Assembly (NCBI GenBank): GCA_963730815.1
Contig: CAVSTD010000001.1
Span: forward strand, 147,941-211,940
Reading direction: 5' to 3'
Length of the DNA: 64,000 bases
Origin: an uncultured Thermoplasmata archaeon
GTDB lineage: Archaea; Thermoplasmatota; Thermoplasmata; Lutacidiplasmatales; UBA184
The notes under the pieces were generated by a model that saw only the letters and a list, made by a program, of their open reading frames with translations, did not search any database and was not told where the DNA came from. This document shows, piece after piece, positions 1 to 8,282 of this stretch (position 1 is the first letter of the stretch; every line of letters starts with the position of its first letter). A program made the position numbers and the translations under genes.

Positions 1-1
1 G

Positions 2-172
2 TCGAAGGGCGTCAGCGCGAACACCCCTGTGATCACGTACTGCCGGATCGGTGAGCGCTCGAGCCACACCTGGTTCGTGCTGAAGTATCTGCTCGGTTAC
101 CCCGACGTCCGCAACTACGACGGCTCCTGGACCGAATGGGGAAACCTGATCCGGACCCCGATCGAGAAATAA
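2..172 (+). CDS. rhodanese-domain sulfurtransferase, C-terminal fragment (5' end outside window)
   Basis: Own translation of frame 2: [56 protein letters not shown], stop TAA 170-172. CRIGERSS matches the rhodanese active-site Cys loop. Confidence 0.8.
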   Translation, partial: SKGVSANTPVITYCRIGERSSHTWFVLKYLLGYPDVRNYDGSWTEWGNLIRTPIEK

Positions 173-189
173 TCGGCGGTACCGACCGG

Positions 190-885
190 TTAGCCGGGAC
201 GGCGGCGGGGTTTCGGTTCCGCCTCCTTGCGGACGAGGAAATGATGGAGGGTGCCCTCCTTGCGGTGCGCGAGCACGGGGTGGCCGGTCTGGTCGGACCA
301 GCGGACCATCTCGATGGGGCTCGTCGGGTCGTCGGTCACGAGAAGGATCGCCTCGCCCGCGGGGCGCGCGGCGATCTCCTCGTTGAGCTTCGTCAGGATC
401 GCGGAACATTCGATCCCGATCTCGTACATCTCGAGGTCGGGGGTCGCTGGCCAGCAGCGGATGTGCAGGGCGCGGATCCGTTCTTGGAGCCGCTGCGCGA
501 TCGCACCGGCGCTCTCGAGCAGCCGGCTCGGGTCCTCGGTCCGGGCGGGACGGACGCGAACGACCCAACCGTCTCCGTACGGCGCGTCGTTGAGCAGTCG
601 CGGCCGACGCACGACCGCCTCGTTGCGCTCGACCAATAGGATATCGACCGGCATCCGAACGGCCCCGGTATACCGAGTGCTTTCCACCGTCGCCACGCTA
701 CGTCCCCGGCCTACGGCCCCCTCGACCGGCCGGAACGTGAGCGCTCGGAACGGTCCTGCGAACGCGCTCAGGGTCCCGAGCACGCCCACGCGCGCCGTTC
801 CCCCCTCCGGGTCGTTCGCCCACCAGACGTCGTTCTCGAGGTCGTAGAGGCGGTCCTCGGGCAGTGGGCAGCCGTCGACCTCCAT
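190..885 (-). CDS. two-domain protein: GcvH-like domain fused to a TusA/SirA-like sulfur-carrier domain
   Basis: ORF 190..1047 trimmed to ATG 885 (MEVDGCPLPEDRLYDLENDVWW). The N-terminal half looks like the glycine-cleavage H fold (VESTRYTGAVRMPV, NDAPYGDGWVVRV). The C-terminal ~75 aa resemble TusA (IGIECSAILTKLNEEI, GEAILLVTDDPTSPIEMVRWSDQTGHPV). Confidence 0.7.
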   Translation of the reverse strand: MEVDGCPLPEDRLYDLENDVWWANDPEGGTARVGVLGTLSAFAGPFRALTFRPVEGAVGRGRSVATVESTRYTGAVRMPVDILLVERNEAVVRRPRLLNDAPYGDGWVVRVRPARTEDPSRLLESAGAIAQRLQERIRALHIRCWPATPDLEMYEIGIECSAILTKLNEEIAARPAGEAILLVTDDPTSPIEMVRWSDQTGHPVLAHRKEGTLHHFLVRKEAEPKPRRRPG

Positions 886-1179
886 CGGCAGGGAACTTCC
901 AAACGAGGTCTTAGGCCTAACTCGCGCGACAACCTTTTGCCGTGGCAGGAGAGTCGTGGGTCGATGAAAGCAGCGGCCGCGTCCGGCTCTTCGACGCGGC
1001 TCGCGGGGGGTCCTCGGTGCCGGTGCGGGCACTTGCCGACGCACCACATGGAAGTCGCGGGGATCGGGTCGAGCGCGAGCTTCCGATTGGTCCCGTCGGG
1101 TCCCTGTATCCTCTGCGGGGACTCCGTGTGCCGCCGCTACACTCCCGGCGGGGCTTGACCCGGACCGGCCCGGGCCGTC

Positions 1180-1638
1180 TCAGCCGTACGCGGCTTTGAT
1201 GAGGTAGTCCTTCAGGTGTTCGAGGCGCTCTTCCCAGAAGTGAAAGTGCCAGGAGCGCGCCTCTCCCCACGCATCGCTGGCGCCCCATCCCTCGTGCTCG
1301 AGCGTGATGTCGATCCCTTCCGGCGATTCCTGGAGTCGAACGTAGATCTGGGTGCGAGGCTCCGGTTCGTTCATCAACCGTTGAAACTCCGGAGGCCCGA
1401 ACCAGCTGAACCCGATGTCGAGGTCGGGGGTCATCCGCAGGATCTTCCCCGGGCTTTCGAAGGGAGCCGCCCCTTTCCAGGAAAGATGGTAGGTCCCGCC
1501 GACCCGGGCCGTTACCTGAGCCTCGTCGGCGAGCCAGCTCTTGATCTGCGCGGGGTCGGTGAACGCGGCGTAGATCATGGGGATCGGCAACGGGATGGTC
1601 ACCTGGATGAGGATCGGGTCGAGTCCTTCTTGGTTCAC
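1180..1638 (-). CDS. SRPBCC/AHSA1-family protein
   Basis: 152-aa ORF with AHSA1-like sequence (IPLPIPMIYAAFTDPAQIKSWL, GGTYHLSW). GTG start, with CTATAG (1662-1667) about 27 nt upstream. Confidence 0.75.
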   Translation of the reverse strand: MNQEGLDPILIQVTIPLPIPMIYAAFTDPAQIKSWLADEAQVTARVGGTYHLSWKGAAPFESPGKILRMTPDLDIGFSWFGPPEFQRLMNEPEPRTQIYVRLQESPEGIDITLEHEGWGASDAWGEARSWHFHFWEERLEHLKDYLIKAAYG

Positions 1639-1774
1639 GGCGCCCGTTCGGCCGTAGGCGACTATAGAGTTTGCGTGGAGCTCCGCTCCGACGGATTCGA
1701 GGGCGCCCGCAAGAATAGATCATCCGCCCGTGGAAGGCGATGCCCCCCTCCCGAGAGCCGGCGACCTCGTGGAA

Positions 1775-1848
1775 TGGACTGGTCGGGATTTGAACCCGAG
1801 GCCTCCGGTTTGCAAAACCGGCGATCTTCCGGACTGATCTACCAGCCC
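1775..1848 (-). tRNA. tRNA-Ala (anticodon TGC)
   Basis: Hand-folded 74-nt cloverleaf on the minus strand: GGGCTGG-TA-GATC/AGTCCGGAA/GATC-G-CCGGT/TTTGCAA/ACCGG-AGGCC-TCGGG/TTCAAAT/CCCGA-CCAGTCC-A. It has the G3:U70 Ala identity pair, no intron and no encoded CCA. Confidence 0.9.
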
Positions 1849-1877
1849 ACGTTGCCGCGGAGGGAACGGCCGCCGTC

Positions 1878-2645
1878 TTATCCTTTCGGAGGAGCGGCGG
1901 CGACGGACTGCCAGACCCGGTCGAGCTTCGGGACAGTGCGTCGCCGTCCGATTTCTCCGGGTTCGACCCACTCCGCTCGCCGGTGCTCCCAGTCGAGGCG
2001 CACGTCTGTGCGGTGGACTCGGAACCGGAACGGATGCACCACGAATACTCGAGCGCCATCGCGGGCGAGGACCGGGTCTCCCTCTGCCATCAGTTCGAGG
2101 TCTTCGGCCGCAAGGCCGGTTTCCTCGAGGATCTCTCGACGGGCCTGCTCGAGGGGGCTTGGATCCTCGAGGTAGCCCGAAACCCCGGCCCAATGACCCC
2201 GGAACGAACCGACGTCGTCGGAGCGTTCCAGCAGCAGAATGCGTCCGTCGCTACGTTCGAGGAAAGAGGTGACGACCTCGACCTCCTCGATACCCTCGAT
2301 TCGGAACCGGCCGTGTGTGCCGTCGACCTCCAGGGTCTCCCCTTCGCGGACGACGTCGGGGTCGACCCCGGCGATCGTAGGGACCGCGACCGAACTCCCG
2401 AACTCGGCGGGTACACCGAGAAGGAGGACCGCGACGACGGCCGGCGAAAGCGGCTCTGGAGGCGGCCACCAAAGTGAGGGCAGTGCGAGGACCTCTCGAG
2501 TAGATCCCCCCGAGCTCCAGTGCAACGGGTCGTCCACGAGATGGACCGTTCCGGTGGCCCGACCAGGAATTACGGCGAGCGCCGGGAGCGACATCGCTCG
2601 GAAGATGCCCCTCTCGCTCATCGGGTTATGGGCCGCCGCCGACAA
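1878..2645 (-). CDS. fusion of a PEP-utilising-enzyme mobile-domain-like N-terminus with a Nudix hydrolase
   Basis: N-terminus IPGRATGTVHLVDDP, VAVPTIAGV, LEVDGTHGRFRI resembles the swivel domain, but I see no TSH phospho-His motif. The C-terminus carries a Nudix box core, REILEETGL. Start uncertain (ATG 2645, 2621 or 2594). Confidence 0.7.
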   Translation of the reverse strand: MSAAAHNPMSERGIFRAMSLPALAVIPGRATGTVHLVDDPLHWSSGGSTREVLALPSLWWPPPEPLSPAVVAVLLLGVPAEFGSSVAVPTIAGVDPDVVREGETLEVDGTHGRFRIEGIEEVEVVTSFLERSDGRILLLERSDDVGSFRGHWAGVSGYLEDPSPLEQARREILEETGLAAEDLELMAEGDPVLARDGARVFVVHPFRFRVHRTDVRLDWEHRRAEWVEPGEIGRRRTVPKLDRVWQSVAAAPPKG

Positions 2646-2656
2646 ACGCCTTCTAC

Positions 2657-3685
2657 TTGAGGGGCGGTCGGCGCGCCGTGCGGCTCAGTGCCTTCACGGT
2701 CGTCGATGAGTATCCCTCCGATTCTCGCGAGGGCCGACTCTTGGAGGTCGTGCGGCTGGCCGAAGCCGCCGAGCAAGGGGGGCTTTCGACGCTCTGGGTC
2801 GCCGAGCATCATTTCCACTCGGGCGGCGTTTCCCCCTCTCCCCCGGTCCTTCTCGCCGCCCTCGGGGCACGCACTCGTCGGCTGCGCCTTGGCGCGCTGG
2901 TGAGCGTCCTGCCGTTCCACCGGCCCATCGAACTCGCCGAACAGTTTGCCATGGTGGACCAGCTTCTCGAGGGTCGCCTGAATCTCGGGGTCGGCAGCGG
3001 CTACATCCCGCTTGAGTTCGAAGGGTTCGGGGTCGACCCGCTCCAAAAGCGCGAGTTGTTCGACGAGAACCTCGAGACCTTGCTCGCGGCGTTCGAGGGA
3101 AAAGAGGTCCGCGCGCCGGGCGCGAACTCGGTGCCGGTCCGGATCAACGTGCGCCCGGTGCAGCGTCCGCACCCGCCGCTCTGGATCGCGGTCCAACGGC
3201 GGGAAGCCCTTCCGTATGTCGCGCGGCGAGGGGTCTCGGTGGCGCTCGTTCCCTATGCCACGATCTCCAACCCGGCCGAGCTCGCCGACGAGGTCCGGGA
3301 GTATCGAAACCACCTCCCGGCGGGAGCGCACGGCGAGGTGGCGGCAGCGCTTCATCTCTACGCCGGCCCTCACCCGGACCAAGCTCGCCTCGCGCTCCAA
3401 CGGTACTTGGATAGTCGACTCGCGACGCAGAGCGCGTTCTACCAAGAGAAGGTCCGGCGCGACCCGGCGCACGCGAACGCGGCCACCATCGAGAAGAGCG
3501 GATGGGCGATCTTCGGAACCGCGGAGGAGGTCGCCACGCGCCTGCACACGTTCGCCGCCACGGGCGTGGACGAGGTGCTGGGCATTTTCGACTTCGGCGG
3601 CCTGCCGAGCGATGAGGTCGTGCGCTCCGTTCGCGCGCTCGGGGCCGCCTTCGGGCCAGCGCGGCCGAAGGCCGAACCGACTTAA
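2657..3685 (+). CDS. LLM-class (luciferase-like) flavin-dependent oxidoreductase
   Basis: 342-aa ORF with LWVAEHHF, LGVGSGY and a C-terminal TIM-barrel-like tail. TTG 2657 or in-frame GTG 2678 (VRLSAF) as start. Confidence 0.85.
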   Translation: MRGGRRAVRLSAFTVVDEYPSDSREGRLLEVVRLAEAAEQGGLSTLWVAEHHFHSGGVSPSPPVLLAALGARTRRLRLGALVSVLPFHRPIELAEQFAMVDQLLEGRLNLGVGSGYIPLEFEGFGVDPLQKRELFDENLETLLAAFEGKEVRAPGANSVPVRINVRPVQRPHPPLWIAVQRREALPYVARRGVSVALVPYATISNPAELADEVREYRNHLPAGAHGEVAAALHLYAGPHPDQARLALQRYLDSRLATQSAFYQEKVRRDPAHANAATIEKSGWAIFGTAEEVATRLHTFAATGVDEVLGIFDFGGLPSDEVVRSVRALGAAFGPARPKAEPT

Positions 3686-3717
3686 CCCACGAGCCCTTCG
3701 ACCTCCTGAGGAAACCG

Positions 3718-4386
3718 ATGCCCGAGATACTGCCGGGAGTGCACCTCGTGGAAGGAGTCGACCCGTCGCCGGACTTTTCGACGCACGTCTACCTGCTGAA
3801 GGACAAGGGCGCGTCGTGGACCCTCCTCGACACCGGCCTGCCCGGCGCCTCGACCGCCATCCTCGCCTACCTCGCCAAGATCAAGGTCGAGCCGACCTCC
3901 GTGAAGAAGATCCTGATCACCCACCTGCATCGCGACCACGTCGGCTCGTTGAAGGCCATGCTCGAGAAGACGCGGGCACGAAGCTTCGCCCACTGGGTCG
4001 AGGCGGCGTACATCGCCATGGACCCGAAGTACGAGGGACCGGGCACCCCTCCCGCCGAGCCGGTGATCGTAGACGAGACGTTCAAGGACGGCGACCCCAT
4101 CGACGCGGCCGGAGGTCTCATCGCCTACCACACGCCCGGGCACACGCCCGGCCACTCCTCGTTCTACCAGCCCGAGCGAAAACTGCTGTTCTCCGGCGAC
4201 CTCTTCTTCGGAGACGGCGAAAAGCCGATCCTCACCGTTCCCGACTTCACTTTTCACACCCCCACGGCGAAGATCTCTGCCCGTCGCATGGGACGACTCT
4301 CGGTCGACTCGCTCCTCACCTACCACGGCGGTCCGTTCTTGAAAGACGGGGGGAGCAAGATGCGGACCTTGACGCAGTCCCTCTAG
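3718..4386 (+). CDS. MBL-fold metallo-hydrolase
   Basis: 222 aa with HxHxDH motif THLHRDHVGS and a later HTPGHTPGH. Confidence 0.85.
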   Translation: MPEILPGVHLVEGVDPSPDFSTHVYLLKDKGASWTLLDTGLPGASTAILAYLAKIKVEPTSVKKILITHLHRDHVGSLKAMLEKTRARSFAHWVEAAYIAMDPKYEGPGTPPAEPVIVDETFKDGDPIDAAGGLIAYHTPGHTPGHSSFYQPERKLLFSGDLFFGDGEKPILTVPDFTFHTPTAKISARRMGRLSVDSLLTYHGGPFLKDGGSKMRTLTQSL

Positions 4387-4391
4387 CCCCC

Positions 4392-4639
4392 GGAGTCCGG
4401 CGCGAACTCCGGGTCAGTCCCGAACGGGTTGCGAATGGGACTGGCCAGATTTGGACTGGCGTCTCGGAGTCCCGAACCCCGAAGGATGGACCAAGCTACC
4501 CCACAGTCCCGGACGCGGGTTTGCCAGCCGCCCCCGCTATTTGAACGTAAGGGCGCGAGCGGGGGACGCGTGGGCGGCTCGGGGCTGTTTCACGACCTCT
4601 CCCACCGTCTTTACATTCGGGCGCTCCGATAGTCCCGAC
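4392..4639. repeat. dispersed AGTCCCGRAC motif copies in the MBL-nreA spacer
   Basis: AGTCCCGAAC at 4416-4425 and 4468-4477, AGTCCCGGAC at 4505-4514, AGTCCCGAC at 4631-4639, and degenerate GAGTCCGG at 4393-4400. Confidence 0.5.
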
Positions 4640-4643
4640 GGAG

Positions 4644-5960
4644 ATGGTCAGCCCGAGCTCGATCCCTCCGATCCCCGGCATCGCTCCAGTGAGTTCGCTC
4701 TCCTGGAGCGTGCCGGGCCTCGAGGAGGACCCCACCATGTGCCTTCGGTGTCGCTCGGCGCAGCTCCTCTGCGGGAAACCCGTTTGTCCGATCCTGGTCA
4801 AGTATCGCGCCTTTGAGAAGACCTTGCCCATGGTGAATGGGCTCGATCTCGATGGCACCTCCCCGCCGGCGGTCTTCGTCGGTCGGTTCGGCTATCCCAA
4901 GGTGTCCGTCGGGCCGCTGCTCAGTCCGGAGCACGGGTCGACCGAACTCATGGATACTCCCGAGGAATGGGTGGGACGGTCGGTGGCCGAGGTCGTCTCG
5001 TTCCGTACCGGCCTGGTACGCGGCACGACCCCGATCCGGGTCACGGACGCCGAACGCCCGATCCCCATCCTCGAGGACCTCCAGCTCCTCGGGATCGCCG
5101 GCGAGACAGTGGAAAGCGAGGCCCACTTCCGTCGACCACCGCGCGGCCATCTCTCCCTCAGCGATTCTACTCCACCCTTCGGGCCGTCCGCTCCGATCGA
5201 GACGATCCGCCTGGACGTCCGCAAGGTGGACCCGCATCTCGACCGCTTGACGTCGGACATCCACGCGAATGCCCGCGTCGCGGTCGAGGAGCTGTATGGC
5301 CGGGGCGTCCGAGTGAGCCGGATCCAGCGGGCCTTCAGCGTCGGAACGCTCGGCCGACGCGGGCGCCGACGTCTCGTTCCCACCCGCTGGAGCATCACCG
5401 CCGTGGACGACCTGCTCTCCAAGATGAACCTCGAGAGGATCCGGACCCTTCCCGAACTCTCCGAGATCCTTCTCCACCGATTCACCGCGCTCGACAACCG
5501 ATGGGTCATCGCGCTCCTGCCGGGGGCCTACCGGTACGAGTCGATCGAAGCCTGGTATCCCAATACGCTCTGGAACCCGAATCCGAATCGGATCGTGATG
5601 ATCGGCGACCACGAGAGTTACCGCGGACGAACGACCTACGCTTCCATCGGAGGTTGCTACTACGCGGCTCGCCTCGCGACCAGCGAAGCGCTCCTGCGCC
5701 TCGGGCGGCAGGCCGGGGTCGTGGTCCTGCGCGAGGTCCATCCGGGCGAGATCCTTCCTCTGGGGGTGTGGAATGTCCGCGAGCACGTTCGGGCGGCGCT
5801 CACGCAACCGGCCGAGAAGGTCGCCTCACTCTCGGAACTTTCCTCGCGGATCGGGGAGTCGTTCGCGATACCGTTGCCCCGATGGCTCACGTCGAGCGCG
5901 CTTCTCCACGAAGCGCGAACGCAGCGGCGGCTGGACGACTGGCTCCTCAGCGCTTCGTGA
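4644..5960 (+). CDS. archaeal NreA-like DNA repair protein (DUF650/DUF651 type) with C-terminal PIP box
   Basis: Cys cluster CLRCRSAQLLCGKPVCP near the N-terminus and C-terminal QRRLDDWL (Qxx[LIM]xx[FYW][FYWL]). Start is ATG 4644 (TTACATT at 4611-4617, leaderless spacing) or ATG 4737 (MCLRC). Confidence 0.7.
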   Translation: MVSPSSIPPIPGIAPVSSLSWSVPGLEEDPTMCLRCRSAQLLCGKPVCPILVKYRAFEKTLPMVNGLDLDGTSPPAVFVGRFGYPKVSVGPLLSPEHGSTELMDTPEEWVGRSVAEVVSFRTGLVRGTTPIRVTDAERPIPILEDLQLLGIAGETVESEAHFRRPPRGHLSLSDSTPPFGPSAPIETIRLDVRKVDPHLDRLTSDIHANARVAVEELYGRGVRVSRIQRAFSVGTLGRRGRRRLVPTRWSITAVDDLLSKMNLERIRTLPELSEILLHRFTALDNRWVIALLPGAYRYESIEAWYPNTLWNPNPNRIVMIGDHESYRGRTTYASIGGCYYAARLATSEALLRLGRQAGVVVLREVHPGEILPLGVWNVREHVRAALTQPAEKVASLSELSSRIGESFAIPLPRWLTSSALLHEARTQRRLDDWLLSAS

Positions 5961-5972
5961 CGAACGCACCGG

Positions 5973-6917
5973 TCACGGGAATCGGGCACCGCAGCGCCCG
6001 CAGAATGCTTCGCCGCCGACCCGAGCGGCTCCGCAGCTCGGGCAGGTGAGGGGGGCTCGAGGTCGGCCGCAGCCTCGACAGAAGGAATCCCCCGGCAAGG
6101 CCGGGTAGCCGCAGTCCGGGCAGCGCTCGGAACCCGCGACCGATTCGGCTGTCCGAGCCGCGTCGAGCGTCGTGGCATTCCCGTTCGGCGGGGCCCGGGC
6201 GGCGGAGCTGGTCCCGCCCGTCACGGCCGGGAGGCTCTCGACCGACCCTCCGAGCGTCCGCCGACCGCGCAGGGCGACTCGGAACGCCTCGGTGTAATCC
6301 CCCCGGTCGAACGCGCTTTGGGCTTGAGCTCGGAGCGCGTTCGCCCCGGCGACCGCCGGGTCGCGTGCTCGGGCCCCCCCGAGAGCGCTCAGCTCGTCCG
6401 AGAGGAGCCGCATCTGGAATTGGGATTCCGCCCGGTTCTTCGGGATGGGGGGCGTTGCGGAGGGCGGAGGCTCTGAGGTCGAAGTCGCGCCCGAGGGGAG
6501 CCGCGAGGTATCCGGCGGAGCCGAGGCCGCAGGCCCCTTGGAAGGCAACGGAGCGCCCGGAGTCATCGTGCCGTGCTGCCGGGCGTTCACGAGCGCTTCG
6601 TGCGCGGACTGGGCGACCCGATACGACCGGTCGTACTGACGGGTATCGAAGGCGCCCTGGGATTCCGCAATCAACTCCTGGGCCCGGTGCACATCCACCC
6701 CCTGGGCGGCGAGGATTCCCGCTTCCCGGCGGGCCATGGAGAGGCGGTTGAACGCGCGGTCCTGATTCAGCTGGGGCCGGTCTTCGAGGTCACTCAGCAG
6801 TTTCGCGCGCCGCGAGCGCAATCGTCGGATGAGGTAGACGAAGAGGCCCACGACAATGACGGCGAGGACCACGACGAAGACGAGCGCGATGATCTCCGTG
6901 CTGGTCAGACTCGACAC
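5973..6917 (-). CDS. membrane-anchored protein with helical repeats and a C-terminal double zinc ribbon
   Basis: ORF 5973..7007 trimmed to GTG 6917 (AGGGAG upstream), which avoids overlap with the MiaB-like gene. TM helix IIALVFVVVLAVIVVGLFVYLI. C-terminus CPDCGYPALPGDSFCRGCG...CPSCGAARVGGEAFCGRCG. Confidence 0.6.
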   Translation of the reverse strand: MSSLTSTEIIALVFVVVLAVIVVGLFVYLIRRLRSRRAKLLSDLEDRPQLNQDRAFNRLSMARREAGILAAQGVDVHRAQELIAESQGAFDTRQYDRSYRVAQSAHEALVNARQHGTMTPGAPLPSKGPAASAPPDTSRLPSGATSTSEPPPSATPPIPKNRAESQFQMRLLSDELSALGGARARDPAVAGANALRAQAQSAFDRGDYTEAFRVALRGRRTLGGSVESLPAVTGGTSSAARAPPNGNATTLDAARTAESVAGSERCPDCGYPALPGDSFCRGCGRPRAPLTCPSCGAARVGGEAFCGRCGARFP

Positions 6918-6985
6918 CGATCTCCCTTCGTCGCCGCCGGGCCGGGGACGGGCCCGAGCTATCGAAATAGGGCACGGTCGGGTAT

Positions 6986-8259
6986 TTAGAACGCGTCCAC
7001 CACGCAACCCAGAAGGTAGGTCGACCTCGCACCGTCGACCCGGAGCGCCACGCTCGCGCCGAGGGGGGGACGACTATCGAGGACCACGGGCAGATAGTTC
7101 TCGAGACGAGCGACCGAGCTGCCGCCGGGCCCGTGCTCCAGGACCCGGCCCGGGGCGCGCCTTCCGATCCAGCGCTCGAGGCGCGTCCTCGAGATCCGCT
7201 GACGCAGGGTCGCGAGCGCACGGGAGCGACGTTTGGCGACCCGGGGCGGGAGCGGAGGCAGTCGGGCGGCGGGGGTGCCGGGCCGGGGGAGAACCGGGTG
7301 ACGTTGACCGTCTCGGGACCGGTCGCTTCGAGGAGTTCTTCGGTCGCGCGGAAGTCCTCGTCCGTCTCTCCCGGGAAGCCGACGATGATGTCGGTGGCGA
7401 CGTGGACGTCGGGGAGGCGCCGGCGCGCGCCGTCGACCTGGCGCCGGAAGAGGTCGGTATGGTATCCCCGCCGCATGGCGTCGAGGATCCGGTCGGAGCC
7501 GCTCTGCAGGGGTAGGTGGAGGAAGCGGTAGGCCGGTGCCTGAGCGAGGGTGTCGTAGTAGGCGTCTTGGTGCGGTGCGAGGCTCTGCGGGCTCATCATG
7601 CCGACTCGGACTCGGAAATCCCCGGGGACCTGCCCGACGGCTCGAAGGAGCTCGGGCAGTCGGTCCGGAGCCGCGAGGTCCTCGCCCCACGCCGCCGTGT
7701 CGAGACCGGTCAATCGGATTTCTCGGATTCCTCGAGCGGTGGCGTCCCGGACCCGGCGGACCACTTCCGCGATCGGTACGCTCGTCAGTCTCCCCCGGGC
7801 GAGACGGCTGAAGCAGTACGTGCAGCCGCTGGTGCAACCCTGAGCAACGACGACCTCCTCGGTAACGGAGAGCGCGCCCCGCTCGAACGGTGCCGCCACC
7901 ATCGGTAGGCGCGACGCGACGTCCGTCGACCATCCGTCGAGCAGCGCGGGAAGATGGTCCTGCTCCCGGATCGGGACGAACGTCGTTCGTTCGCGTCCGC
8001 TTCCGCGCATGAGGTCCGTGCGCAGCGGCACGAGGCAGCCCGTGACCACCACTCGGGGAACCCGCTCGGCAAGGGACTGCCAGCGGCGGACCATTCGGCT
8101 TTCGGTAGGGCCGATTACTCCGCAGGTGACGAGGATCCCCACATCGGCGTCCGCCGGCGCGCGGGTGAGCTCATGGCCGCGAGCCGCCAGGTCCCGGGCG
8201 ATCCCGGCGCCTTCGCCTTGGTTCTGGGAGCACCCATACGATTCGACGTAGACGCGCAC
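6986..8259 (-). CDS. MiaB/MtaB-family tRNA methylthiotransferase (radical SAM), with an apparent frameshift
   Basis: VRVYVESYGCSQNQGE (UPF0004 domain), radical-SAM CTSGCTYC and a TRAM-like C-terminus. The frame breaks at G-run 7285-7289: ..ETVNVTRFSP then RPGTPAARLPPLPPRVAKRRS.. continues in the frame of ORF 6986..7933. GTG 8259 chosen as start. Confidence 0.8.
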
Positions 8260-8282
8260 GACCGGCCCGAAGGCCCCAGGGC

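Noticed and set aside
937-1158. A 73-aa ORF with several Cys/His residues (CRCGHLPTHH, CILCGDSVC) in the 294-nt spacer, considered as a possible small zinc-binding protein.
   Set aside because: Ala/Ser/Gly-rich composition, no ribosome-binding site or TATA at a suitable distance, and no recognisable fold. It cannot be distinguished from a chance open frame.
886-1179. A possible structured ncRNA (SRP RNA or RNase P RNA) in the 294-nt gap. The gap at 4387-4643 was considered in the same way.
   Set aside because: I looked for hallmark motifs (the SRP helix-8 GNAR loop with flanking AGCA/GGAA, and RNase P GGAAAGUCC-type CR-I) and did not find them. Only a covariance-model scan could settle this.
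1685-1710. GGATTCGA (T-loop-like) near the tRNA-Ala, considered as a second tRNA.
   Set aside because: No complementary T-stem, acceptor stem or anticodon arm can be drawn around it.
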